A program made the translations under genes and the position numbers. Below the pieces are notes generated by a model. That model searched no databases and was not told the DNA's origin. It saw nothing but the letters and a program-made list of their open reading frames with translations. Shown in pieces: positions 9,383 to 18,670 of a stretch of DNA of 64,000 bases. Every line of letters begins with the position of its first letter. The first letter of the stretch is position 1. Origin of the DNA: an uncultured Actinomycetes bacterium (GTDB lineage: Bacteria > Actinomycetota > UBA4738 > JACQTL01); NCBI GenBank assembly GCA_963707645.1, contig CAVPQW010000005.1:299309-363308 (forward strand), given 5' to 3'.

Positions 9383-10336
9383 ATGAAGCGCCTGGCGATC
9401 GTTCATCGAGTCTGCACCGGGGTGGTGATTCTGCTGCTCGGGTCGGCATGCGCAGGCTCCCCATCGTCGCCCCGGGGGTCGGCGGCCCCGACGACAGCGG
9501 CACCTTCCGCGAGCCCGCCGGGCTCGACGGTAGCCTCGAGCTCGGCCGGATCGACGGCGTCGTCACCCACCTCGAGCGTGCAGGAGGTCGACATCGGTGG
9601 CTACCGGCTCGACATCGAGTGCGAGGGCGAAGGATCACCGACAGTGGTGTTCGAAGCGGGGGCCGGGGGCGACCGCTCCGCCTTCGTGAAGCAGCGGGTC
9701 GATCTGCGCGACACCACCCGGGTCTGCGCGTACGACCGGGCCGGCATCGGGACCAGCGATCAGCGGCCCGTGGCCGGTTCCACCACGCTTGGCGACCTCG
9801 CCGACGAGTTTGCGCGTCTGCTCGAGGGGGCCGGCATCGAGGAACCGATCGTGCTCGCGAGCCACTCGCTGGGAGGCGGCGTGGATCAGTTCTTCGCCGA
9901 CCGCTACCCCGACCACGTCGCCGGCCTGGTGTTCGTCGATACGGTCGCGATCCCTGGCTACGTGGACTGGTTCGGACCCCAGGTCGACGACGGCACCGGC
10001 GGAAAGATCGACATGCGACGAACTGCCGAGGAGTGGAAGCAGCTCGGCTCGTTCGGCGCGACCCCGACCATCGTGCTGACGCAGAACTTCCAGGGCGACG
10101 ACGACTTCGCCCCGCAGCGGTTCCGTCGCTACTTCCGCCGGGTGCACGCCGACCTTGCCGCACGGTCGTCCGACGCACTCCACGTGATCGCGGTGGACTC
10201 CGGGCACGTGATCCAGGACAGCTCTCCCGACCTGGTCACCGCGGCGATCACGGAGGTTGTCGAAGCCGTGAGGTCCGGCGAACAGCTCACGCCATGCGAT
10301 GACCGCTTCGAGGATCTCGGCGGAATCTGCGCCTGA
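9383..10336 (+). CDS. alpha/beta hydrolase lipoprotein
   Basis: ORF 9350..10336. The likely start is internal ATG 9383 (MKRLAIVHRVCTGVVILLLGSACAG, lipobox-like). HSLGG nucleophile elbow is present. Confidence 0.7.
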   Translation: MKRLAIVHRVCTGVVILLLGSACAGSPSSPRGSAAPTTAAPSASPPGSTVASSSAGSTASSPTSSVQEVDIGGYRLDIECEGEGSPTVVFEAGAGGDRSAFVKQRVDLRDTTRVCAYDRAGIGTSDQRPVAGSTTLGDLADEFARLLEGAGIEEPIVLASHSLGGGVDQFFADRYPDHVAGLVFVDTVAIPGYVDWFGPQVDDGTGGKIDMRRTAEEWKQLGSFGATPTIVLTQNFQGDDDFAPQRFRRYFRRVHADLAARSSDALHVIAVDSGHVIQDSSPDLVTAAITEVVEAVRSGEQLTPCDDRFEDLGGICA

Positions 10337-10404
10337 AGGATCACGACCGCGGGGGATGAAGTAATCACCCCCATCCGTGGCCTTGGGAAGCCACAAGCAA
10401 TACG

Positions 10405-10488
10405 TGCCCGGGGTGGGACTCGAACCCACATGGCCCAAGGGCCCGCGCTTTTTAAGAGCGCTTCGTCTACCGATTTCGACACCCGGGC
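10405..10488 (-). tRNA. tRNA-Leu (anticodon UAA)
   Basis: The reverse complement folds as a class II tRNA: acceptor GCCCGGG/CCCGGGC; anticodon stem GCGCT/AGCGC with loop CTTAAAA; long variable arm GGGCCCTTGGGCC; T arm GTGGGTTCGAGTCCCAC. No CCA is encoded. Confidence 0.9.
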
Positions 10489-10582
10489 TCGCAGCCAGGA
10501 TATGTCAACGGGAATTCCCGTCCCGTTGGCCGCCGCTCCTCGGCGCCAATGGCAGCGCCTGCAGGCGACTACCATCGCGCCG

Positions 10583-11816
10583 ATGCAGCCCTCCCAATCC
10601 CTGTCCGAGGACGAGCTTGCGCGGGGCAGCGGGGCCCCGCCCGAGCAGATCCGGCGCCTGGTCGACTTGGGGATCGTTCCGCGTCGCGACGGGGAGCGCC
10701 CGTTCGAAGCCGCGGACGTCCACCGGATCCGGCTCGCGCAGGCGTTTGAACGTTCCGGCATCGCGTTGGAGGCGATCGGGGACGCGATCGGCGCGGGCTG
10801 GCTCTCGCTGGACTTCGTGGACCGGATGTTCCCGACTCGCGGCGCCGCTGTCCGGGCGGACCTTCGCGGAGGTCGCCGACGACATCGGGGTCCCGCTCGA
10901 GACGCTCACCCGCCTGTACGCGATGTGGGGACTTCCCCGCCCCGCGCCCGAAGACGCGATCCGCGAGGACGACGAACCGACCTTCCGCGAGTGGAAGGCG
11001 TTCTTCCCGCCGGAGGCCCTCAACGACGAGCTGCTGACCCAGGGCGCGCGGCTGTTCGGCGAGGCGACGAGCCGGGTGGCCGACTGGGGAATGTCCATGT
11101 ACCGGACCTACATGGAGGCCCCGATGCGGGCGGCCGGCATGACGTCACAGGAGATGCTGGACGCTGCGACCGCGTTCGCCTCTGTCGGAACGCCCATCAT
11201 GGAACGCCAGCTCAGCTGGCTGCTGCGACGGAAGCTCGAGCACAACGCGTTCCAACTGATCGTCGAGCACATCGAAGGCGCGATCGAGGCCGCGGGCACA
11301 CCCGTGCCCGGGACGGCGCGCCCGTCGGCGATCGCGTTCGTCGACCTTTCGGGCTACACGGCGCTGACGGAGGAGATCGGGGACCAGGCCGCCGCCGACC
11401 GCGCGGCGACGATGGGGACGATGCTGCAGGAGCTTGCGCACGCTCGGGGCGGGCGGGTCGTGAAGCTCCTGGGGGACGGGGCGATGCTCCACTTCCCGGA
11501 TCCGGCCGAGGCGGTCCGCACCGGACTCGAGGTCGTGCGGCACCTGCATGACGCGGGGATGCCGCCGGCCCACGTGGGCGTGGCGGCGGGCCCGGTGGTA
11601 TTCCGGGAGGGCGACTACTACGGCCGCGTCGTCAACCTCGCCGCCCGGATCATGGGCCGGGCCGGGGCGAACGAGGTCCTGGCGACGGCAGGGGTCGCCT
11701 CGGCGCTCGAGGACCTCGCATTCGAGTCGCTGGGCATGGTTGAGTTGAAGGGAATCGCCGAACCGGTCGAGCTGTTCCGCGCTACCGCCGCCGGAGACGC
11801 GCCGGCGTCCCGCTGA
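10583..11816 (+). CDS. MerR-like HTH / class III adenylate-guanylate cyclase fusion protein (paralog of 4204..5405), frame disruption near 10840
   Basis: From internal ATG 10583, ORF 10430..11551 reads MQPSQSLSEDELARGSGAPPEQIRRLVDLGIV. The tail of ORF 10377..11816 carries AIAFVDLSGYTALTEEIGDQAAAD...VKLLGDGAMLHF...VAAGPVVFREGDYYGRVVNLAARI. The earlier part of ORF 10430 overlaps the tRNA. Confidence 0.75.
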
Positions 11817-11834
11817 ACCCGGCTGCAGGTGGGG

Positions 11835-13199
11835 CTAGTCGACGCGGTCGAATCGGTAGGTGCAGACCTCCCAGCCGGTGACACGCCCGTCGGGGTCGCG
11901 ATCGAGGACTGCCGGCTCGCCAACGTACGGCCCGCCTTCGAACAGCAGCTCGTCGCGCGAGACCAGCCGGAGCGGCATCGGCTGCGGCGCCGGCAGCCCG
12001 GGCCGGCGCGGCGTGTTCGCCTCGAGCGCGCCGTTCCGCCACCGGACGTTGAGGACGAACCCGTCCCCGTTGAAGCTGCCGACGAGCCCGCGCACGTCCC
12101 CGGGCGGAGGCGTTCGGTCAGGCTCGGTGCGCGGCTCCAGCCCCTCACGCCGGACCACCGCGCCGGCCTCCCGAACGAGCCCCGCCACCATCTGGAAGAT
12201 GAACTCGCCGTCGCCGATGTTCGTGAGGGCGATTGCGCCGACGTGGCGCTCAGGCCATGCGAGGAGCCAGCCGGCGTGCCCCCACAACCCGCCGGCGTGC
12301 CCGACCAGCACCCGGTCGCCGAACCGGAACAGCATCGGGCCGAGCCCGTGCCCCTGCTTCCACGAGTCGTCGGCCATGATCTGCGGCCGCCGCATGGCCC
12401 GGACGGTGTCCGACGACAACGGGGAATCGTCGCCGAGGTCGCCGCACAAGAGGCCGACGATCCTCGCCAGGTCCGGTGCCGTCGAGAACAGCTGCCCCGG
12501 CGCGTCGGGCACGGGGTCGTTCGCCGTCGGCACCAGCCGCAGCTCGCCCTCCGGCGCGCGCTCGTAGCCCGACGTGATCCGCGCCTTCGGCAGCGTCGAC
12601 GGGTCGAACGCCGTCGAACGCATGCCGAGCGGCTCGATGATGCGCTCGGTGACGAACCGCACGTAGGGAATGCCCGACGCCCGCGACACGATCTCGCCGA
12701 GCGTGTTGTAGCCGAGGTTCGAGTACTTCCAGCGCTCCAGCGGGGAGAACGGACGCTTGGCGCGGGGCAGCACCGCCAGGAGGTCGGCGCCGGCAAGGAA
12801 CTCCCCAGTCTGCCACCCGGGATCCTCGGGCGTCTCCCGCTGCAGCCCGCCACCGTGCGCCAATAGGTGCCGGATCGTGATGCGCCGGTCGGGGAACTCG
12901 CCGACGTGCTTCCGCACCGGGTCGTCGACCGACAGTCGCCCTTCCTCCGCGAGCATCAGCGTCGCCGTCGCCGTGAACAGCTTGGTGATCGAGGCCAGCC
13001 GGAACACCGAGTCCGGCCGGGCGGCGCGCCTGGTTCGGACGTCGGCCAGGCCGACGCCCGCCGTCCAGATCGGCCGTCCGCGGTGGACGACCGCCACGCC
13101 GAGGCCCGGCAGGTCGTAGCGCTTCGCCACGCCCTCGACCCGCTTCCGCCATGCAACGGCCGTCGCGCGGGAGAGCTCGGGAGCCTGGGACTTCGGCAT
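11835..13199 (-). CDS. serine hydrolase (beta-lactamase/PBP4-like family)
   Basis: ORF 11835..13199: SxxK motif in FRLASITKLFTATA, YSNLGY motif, HAGG near the C-terminal part. Confidence 0.8.
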   Translation of the reverse strand: MPKSQAPELSRATAVAWRKRVEGVAKRYDLPGLGVAVVHRGRPIWTAGVGLADVRTRRAARPDSVFRLASITKLFTATATLMLAEEGRLSVDDPVRKHVGEFPDRRITIRHLLAHGGGLQRETPEDPGWQTGEFLAGADLLAVLPRAKRPFSPLERWKYSNLGYNTLGEIVSRASGIPYVRFVTERIIEPLGMRSTAFDPSTLPKARITSGYERAPEGELRLVPTANDPVPDAPGQLFSTAPDLARIVGLLCGDLGDDSPLSSDTVRAMRRPQIMADDSWKQGHGLGPMLFRFGDRVLVGHAGGLWGHAGWLLAWPERHVGAIALTNIGDGEFIFQMVAGLVREAGAVVRREGLEPRTEPDRTPPPGDVRGLVGSFNGDGFVLNVRWRNGALEANTPRRPGLPAPQPMPLRLVSRDELLFEGGPYVGEPAVLDRDPDGRVTGWEVCTYRFDRVD

Positions 13200-13317
13200 G
13201 GCGGAACCTCCGGATTCAGGGCTGGCGGAGGCATCCTACGCACCCGTCGCCGCAGGCCTCCGGTCGGCACCGTCACTTCGGCAGAGGCCGAAGCGTTGCG
13301 GTGCTAGCGTCGAGTCC

Positions 13318-14079
13318 ATGGACGGCGACGCCGACATCGCGGCCATCGGAGCGCTCCTCGCGGACCGCAGCCGGTGCCGGGTCCTCGCAGCGCTCGGCGA
13401 CGGCCGCGCGCTCCCGGCGACCGTCCTGGCCTCGGAGGCCGGCATCGCTCCGTCCACCGCCAGCGGGCACCTCGCCCGCCTCGTGAACGCCGGCCTGCTG
13501 ACCGTCGAACGCCATGGCCGGAACCGGTACTTCCGCATCAGCGGCCCGGACGTTGCCGATCTGCTGGAGGCGATGGCCAGGCTGGCGCCGCCGCTCCCCG
13601 TCCGGTCACTCCGCGAGGGCACGAGGGCCGAAGCGCTGCGGTTCGCCCGGACCTGTTACGACCACCTCGCCGGCCGGGTTGGCGTCGAGGTCATGGACAC
13701 GCTGCTCTCGGGCGGCCACCTCGAGTCCGGCCCCGACAGCGGGAGCGCCGCGGCGAACCGGCTCTCGGCTCCGGGCCGAGCCCTGAGGTTCGGCCTCACC
13801 GACCAGGGCGCGGCGTTCCTCAACGACCTCGGGGTTGACCTCGAGCACCTGCCGCCGCGGCGCGAACCGGTCCGCTACTGCATGGACTGGAGTGAGCAGC
13901 GCCCACACCTCGCCGGCGCCGTCGGCGCGGCGCTGACCTCGTGGTTCCTCGACCGGGGATGGATCGAGCGAACGGCGACCCGTGCGGTTCGCGTGACCGA
14001 TGCCGGCCGGCGGGGGTTCGAAGGGGCCTTTGCTGTCGACGCCGTCAGGAGCCGGACGGGGGCGGCGACTGCTTCGTGA
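13318..14079 (+). CDS. ArsR-family winged-helix transcriptional regulator
   Basis: Tail of ORF 13198..14079 from ATG 13318: LADRSRCRVLAALGDGRALPATVLASEAGIAPSTASGHLARLVNAGLLTVERHGRNRYFRI. Confidence 0.7.
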   Translation: MDGDADIAAIGALLADRSRCRVLAALGDGRALPATVLASEAGIAPSTASGHLARLVNAGLLTVERHGRNRYFRISGPDVADLLEAMARLAPPLPVRSLREGTRAEALRFARTCYDHLAGRVGVEVMDTLLSGGHLESGPDSGSAAANRLSAPGRALRFGLTDQGAAFLNDLGVDLEHLPPRREPVRYCMDWSEQRPHLAGAVGAALTSWFLDRGWIERTATRAVRVTDAGRRGFEGAFAVDAVRSRTGAATAS

Positions 14080-14356
14080 GCCAGTCCCCCCAAACATCAT
14101 GTCGCCGATCGGTGGCATTCGCCATCTGTCGACGATCGGCGAAAACCTTCGCGGGGAGGAGCGCTGCCCGTGCCGCTGAGCAGCGATTCTGGATCCAACC
14201 GCCACGGTCTGACACGACCGGTTGTCGACGAACGCTGACATTGCCCGACGGTCACCGATCATCGACATGGGCCTGGGAGGAGGACGCCCGTGTCGGAGCC
14301 GGCCCGGGAACGCAAGGCGACGCTGCACGCTTCGTGGACGCCAACACGCTCGCGAA
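14058..14356 (+). repeat. copy A of three-copy conserved intergenic element (core 14086-14288; four palindromic boxes)
   Basis: Aligns by hand with the reverse complement of 25278-25480 (about 80% over about 205 columns) and with 32536-32736. Boxes lie at 14101-14116, 14128-14143, 14224-14239 and 14251-14266. The strand given is only the relative orientation. Confidence 0.8.
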
Positions 14357-14388
14357 TTCCCTCCGGCAAGGCCTGCGCGGCGTGCGAG

Positions 14389-15339
14389 CTAACCGGCCCC
14401 GCGGAACCACTCGACGGTTTCGCGCAGCCCGCCACGGAACGTGTGCTCCGGCTTGAATCCGAGCACCTCCATCGCCGCCGTGTTGTCCGCCTGGGAGTCG
14501 CGGATCTCGCCGGGCCGGGGCGACGCGTACTCGGGTTCCGGCTGCGACACGTCGGGCACCAACGCGCGGATCTCGCGGAGCAGCTCGTTCACGGAGTGGC
14601 GTTCGTTGTACGCGACGTTGAACGCCCGGCCCCACGCCTCCGAAGGCGCCTCGGCCGCGAGGAGATTCGCCTGCACGACGTCGCCGATGAACGTGAAGTC
14701 GCGGGACTGCTCGCCGTCGCCGTAGATCGTGACGGGCCCGCCGGTGAGCGCCGCCGTCGCGAACCGCGGGACGACCGCCGCGTACTCCGACTCGGGGTCC
14801 TGCCGCGGCCCGAACACGTTGAAGTACCGCAGCGCCACGGTCGGGAGCCCGAACGACGCGTGGAAGGCGCCGAGGTAGGTCTCGCCGGCCAGCTTCGACA
14901 CCGCGTACGGCGAGAGCGGCCGGGTGGGGACCTCCTCCGTGACCGGGAGCTGCTCCGCGTCGCCATAGACCGAGGACGACGACGCGTACACGACGCGTTC
15001 CACCCCGGCGTCGCGCGCAGCGATCAGCACGTTGAGCGTTCCAGTGACGTTCGACTCGTTCGACGCGAGCGGCGCCGCGACCGAGCGCGCCACGGAGGGG
15101 ATCGCGGCCTCGTGAAACACGCGCGACACGCCCTGGGTGGCCCGGCCGACGGTGGCCAGGTGTTCCACGGAGCCGACGATCAGCTCGACGTCGCCCGCGA
15201 CGTCGTCGAGGTTGGAACGGCGACCCGTCGACAGGTTGTCGAGCACCCGCACCGCGAGGCCGCGCTCGAGCAGGGCGCGCACCAGGTTGGAGCCGATGAA
15301 CCCGGCCCCTCCCGTGACGAGGCAGCGTTCGGACGTCAC
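14389..15339 (-). CDS. NAD-dependent sugar-nucleotide epimerase/dehydratase (SDR)
   Basis: ORF 14389..15339: VTGGAGFIGSNLV, SSSSVYG, PYAVSKLAGE (YxxxK). Confidence 0.85.
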   Translation of the reverse strand: MTSERCLVTGGAGFIGSNLVRALLERGLAVRVLDNLSTGRRSNLDDVAGDVELIVGSVEHLATVGRATQGVSRVFHEAAIPSVARSVAAPLASNESNVTGTLNVLIAARDAGVERVVYASSSSVYGDAEQLPVTEEVPTRPLSPYAVSKLAGETYLGAFHASFGLPTVALRYFNVFGPRQDPESEYAAVVPRFATAALTGGPVTIYGDGEQSRDFTFIGDVVQANLLAAEAPSEAWGRAFNVAYNERHSVNELLREIRALVPDVSQPEPEYASPRPGEIRDSQADNTAAMEVLGFKPEHTFRGGLRETVEWFRGAG

Positions 15340-17345
15340 TGAGCGGCGGTCCCGAACGGCGGGCCGCCCGGCCCTTCCAGCAGCTCGGCGAGCGTCTCGT
15401 CGCTCTCGCCGCCCGGCACGGGATGGTAGGTCGCCACGACGTCCTGGAGCAGCGCCCGGATGCGACCGGGATCGCCGTCGGCGGCGGCGTCGGCGAGCAG
15501 CCCCACCGCGCGCTCGAGCGAGGCCGGGTCGGGCTCGCGGCCGAGGTTCGCCACGAAGATCTTCTCGACGTTCGTGGTCTCGGTGCCCTCCTCGGCGAGG
15601 AGGATCTCCTCCTTCAGCTTCTCCCCCGGCCGGATGCCCGTGAACTGGATCGGCACGTCGACGTCGGGCTCCAGGCCGGACAGGCGGATGAGCGCCTCGA
15701 CGAGGTCCATGACCAGGACCGGTTCGCCCATGTCGAGGACGAACACCTCCCCGCCGGCGCCGAGCGTCGACGCCTTGAGGATGAGACGCACGGCCTCCGG
15801 GATCGTCATGAAGTACCGCTCCATCTGCGGGTGGGTCACCGTGATCGGCCCGCCCCGGCGGATCTGTTCCTCGAGCAGCGGGATGAGCGACCCGCGCGAG
15901 CCCAGCACGTTGCCGAACCGCACCGCGACGAAGCGGGTTCCGCTCGCCTCGTTCAGCCGGCGGACGATCATCTCGGCCACGCGCTTGGTCGCGCCCATCA
16001 CCGAGGTCGGGTTCACGGCCTTGTCCGTCGAGATCTGGACGAACATCTCCGCGCCGGCCGCCGCGGCGACCTCGGCCAGCACCTTGGTCCCGAGGACGTT
16101 GACCGTGACGGCCTCCTGCGGGTGCGCCTCCATCATCGGCACGTGCTTGTACGCGGCAGCGTGGAAGACGACCTGCGGCTGATACGTGCGGAACACCTGC
16201 CCCATCCGCGCCCGATCACGGACGTCGCCGACCACCGGGAACACCGGCACCCGCGGCGCGCTCCGACGCAGGTCGACCTCCAGGCCGAACAGCCGCGACT
16301 CGTCCTTCTCCAGCAGCACCAGCCGGCCCGGTTCCACCAGCGCGATCTGCCGCGCCAGCTCCGCCCCGATCGAGCCGGCCGCGCCGGTGATCAGCACGGT
16401 GCGCCCGTACAGGTACTCGCCGACGCTCGTCATGTCGAGCTCGGTGACCGGACGCTTCAGCAGGTCCTCGACCTTCACATCCCGGACGCTGGCGAGCGTG
16501 ACCCGGCCCTCGAGCATGGCTGCGACGCCCGGCAGGATCTTCACCGAGGGAACGCCTGCCTGGCGGGCCAGTACGACCACCTCGCGGATGACCGGGCCGG
16601 GCGCGCTCGGCATGGCCACGATGACCTCGTCGACGCGCTCGTCCTTGACCACGCGGGGGATCAGGCTGCGGCCGCCGAGCACCCGCACTCCGTGGAGGTA
16701 GGTGCCGTGCTTGAACGGTGAGTCGTCGATCACGCCGACCGGCCGGAACCCGCTCACCCGGTCGTGTCGGATCTCGCGGAGCAGCTTCTCGCCGGCGCGC
16801 CCGCCGCCGACCACGAGCAGCCGCCGGCCCTCCTCGCGGCCCCCGAGCGTGACCACCTGGTAGATGCGCTTGGCCATCCGGATGCCGGCCACGCCGACGA
16901 ACGACAGGACGAAGTCGAGCACCAGGATCGACCGGGGCAGCGTCGGGATGTGGAGCGGCTCGTGCAGGAAGAACACCGCCGTCCCGAATGCGGTCGTCCC
17001 CACGAGCGTCGCCAGGAACGCCGAGATGACGTCCCGCGTGCTCACGAACCGCCAGGTCAGGTGGTACAGCCGGAACGCGGCGTTCGCCACGACCTTCGGC
17101 CCGATGGCGATGAGGAAGTACACCGGGATGTACTTGCGGTAGTCGTGCGGGATGGCCGCGTCGAACCGGATCAGGAACGACAGGTACAGCGACCCGGCGA
17201 AGATCACGAGATCGCAGGCCAGGAAGAACAGCGTCCGCTTGGACGCGGTGGGGTGCAGGATGCCGTGCAGGCTGAACCGGCGGTGGTGCTGCACCGCTCC
17301 GGACGGCGCCGCCGCGTCCTCGTGGCGCTCCCGGCCGAGCCTCAC
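15336..17345 (-). CDS. membrane-bound polysaccharide biosynthesis protein, CapD/PglF/WbpM-type UDP-sugar 4,6-dehydratase
   Basis: C-terminal 669 aa of ORF 15336..18170 from GTG 17345 (GTGA overlap with the DegT stop). N-terminal TM helices, then ITGAAGSIGAEL...FHAAAYKHVPMME...STDKAVNPTSVMGATKRVAE. Confidence 0.85.
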   Translation of the reverse strand: MRLGRERHEDAAAPSGAVQHHRRFSLHGILHPTASKRTLFFLACDLVIFAGSLYLSFLIRFDAAIPHDYRKYIPVYFLIAIGPKVVANAAFRLYHLTWRFVSTRDVISAFLATLVGTTAFGTAVFFLHEPLHIPTLPRSILVLDFVLSFVGVAGIRMAKRIYQVVTLGGREEGRRLLVVGGGRAGEKLLREIRHDRVSGFRPVGVIDDSPFKHGTYLHGVRVLGGRSLIPRVVKDERVDEVIVAMPSAPGPVIREVVVLARQAGVPSVKILPGVAAMLEGRVTLASVRDVKVEDLLKRPVTELDMTSVGEYLYGRTVLITGAAGSIGAELARQIALVEPGRLVLLEKDESRLFGLEVDLRRSAPRVPVFPVVGDVRDRARMGQVFRTYQPQVVFHAAAYKHVPMMEAHPQEAVTVNVLGTKVLAEVAAAAGAEMFVQISTDKAVNPTSVMGATKRVAEMIVRRLNEASGTRFVAVRFGNVLGSRGSLIPLLEEQIRRGGPITVTHPQMERYFMTIPEAVRLILKASTLGAGGEVFVLDMGEPVLVMDLVEALIRLSGLEPDVDVPIQFTGIRPGEKLKEEILLAEEGTETTNVEKIFVANLGREPDPASLERAVGLLADAAADGDPGRIRALLQDVVATYHPVPGGESDETLAELLEGPGGPPFGTAAQ

Positions 17346-18583
17346 CGACGGCCCACCTCGTCGAGGGCGGCCGTCAGGGCCCCGGCGACCCGAGCGACGT
17401 GGTCCTCCGTCATCGCCGCCCAGAACGGAACGATGAGCGTCCTGGCCGAGGCCGCCTCGGTCTCCGGCAGCGGCGTCGCGAGGAGCGAGTCGTCGCCCGC
17501 GTACGGGGGCTGGCGGTGGATGGCGGGCTCGAAGTACGCCTTGGCCTCGACCCCCATCCGGCCGAGCACCTCGACGAGCCGGTCGCGGTCGATCCCCTCC
17601 GCCACGCGGACCGCCTGAACGAACCACGCCGGCCGGGCCCAGTCGGCGACCCGCGGCAGCTCGACGCGGTCGATCCCCCGCAGCGCCCCCGCGTACCAGC
17701 CCGCCACGCGGGCCCGCTTGTCGAGGATCTCGTCCACGCGGCGCATCTGGGCCACGCCGAGCGCCGCCGACAGCTCGTCGAGCCGGTAGTTGAACCCGAT
17801 CCGCGAGTGGTGGAGCCAGGAGTCGCCGAGCCGGCGGCCCTGGTTCCGGAGGCTGCGGATGCGCTCTTCGAGGTCGGGGTCGGCAACGACGACCATCCCC
17901 CCCTCGGCGGTCGTGATCTGCTTGTTCGGGTAGAACGCAAACGTGGCCGCCGCCGCGCCGGTCCCCGCGTGGACCCACGCTCCGTCGCCCTTTCGATAGG
18001 AGCTCCCCATCGCCTCGCAGGAGTCCGAGATCACCGGCAGGTCCCACGCCTTCGCGATGTCGAGGATGGCGGGCATGTCGGCGGGGTGGCCGAACACGTC
18101 CACCGTCAGGATGCCCGCGACGCGCCGCCCGGTCCGGGGGTCGCGGAGGTCGTCGCCGTCGTCCTTGCACGAGTCGAGGTAGGCGCGGACCAGGTCGGGC
18201 GAGATGCAGAGCGTGGCCGGATCGATATCGACGAACACGGGCTCGGCGCCCTCGTAGCGCAGGCAGTTCGACGAGGCGATGAACGAGAACGACGTCGTGA
18301 CGACGCAGTCGTCGGGCCCGATCCCGAGGGCGCGAACCGCCAGGTGGAGCCCGGAGGTGCCGCTCGACACCGAGATCCCGAACGGGAACCCGGAGAACGC
18401 CGCGACCTGGCGTTCGAACTCGGTGGCCTTGGGGCCGAGGGCCAGCCGGCCGCTCCGGAGGACCGCGAGCACCTCCGCCTCCTCGGCGGGGCCGATGTCG
18501 GGCAGGGCGAGCGGGATGTTCGATTGATCCGAGTTCGTCACCAGCCCCCCGGCTGTCGGCGGCGCCTCATGATAGCCCCGCAT
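17342..18583 (-). CDS. DegT/DnrJ/EryC1/StrS family sugar aminotransferase
   Basis: ORF 17342..18583: IPLALPDIGPAEEAEV...SSGTSGLHLA...FAFYPNKQITTAEGGMVV...GFNYRLDELSAALG. Alternative start GTG 18541. Confidence 0.85.
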   Translation of the reverse strand: MRGYHEAPPTAGGLVTNSDQSNIPLALPDIGPAEEAEVLAVLRSGRLALGPKATEFERQVAAFSGFPFGISVSSGTSGLHLAVRALGIGPDDCVVTTSFSFIASSNCLRYEGAEPVFVDIDPATLCISPDLVRAYLDSCKDDGDDLRDPRTGRRVAGILTVDVFGHPADMPAILDIAKAWDLPVISDSCEAMGSSYRKGDGAWVHAGTGAAAATFAFYPNKQITTAEGGMVVVADPDLEERIRSLRNQGRRLGDSWLHHSRIGFNYRLDELSAALGVAQMRRVDEILDKRARVAGWYAGALRGIDRVELPRVADWARPAWFVQAVRVAEGIDRDRLVEVLGRMGVEAKAYFEPAIHRQPPYAGDDSLLATPLPETEAASARTLIVPFWAAMTEDHVARVAGALTAALDEVGRR

Positions 18584-18670
18584 CCCGGCCCCGCCCCGGA
18601 AGCGGAGCGGGCGCGATGCGCGGAGCCGCGCGGCCGGCCGGAGCGGGCGCGACCCGCCCTGCCGCCGGGA

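Noticed and set aside
10337-10582. The flanks of tRNA-Leu as a possible integration site for a genomic island.
   Set aside because: There is no integrase, no direct repeat of the tRNA 3' end that I could find, and no compositional shift. The neighbouring genes are ordinary metabolic and signalling genes.
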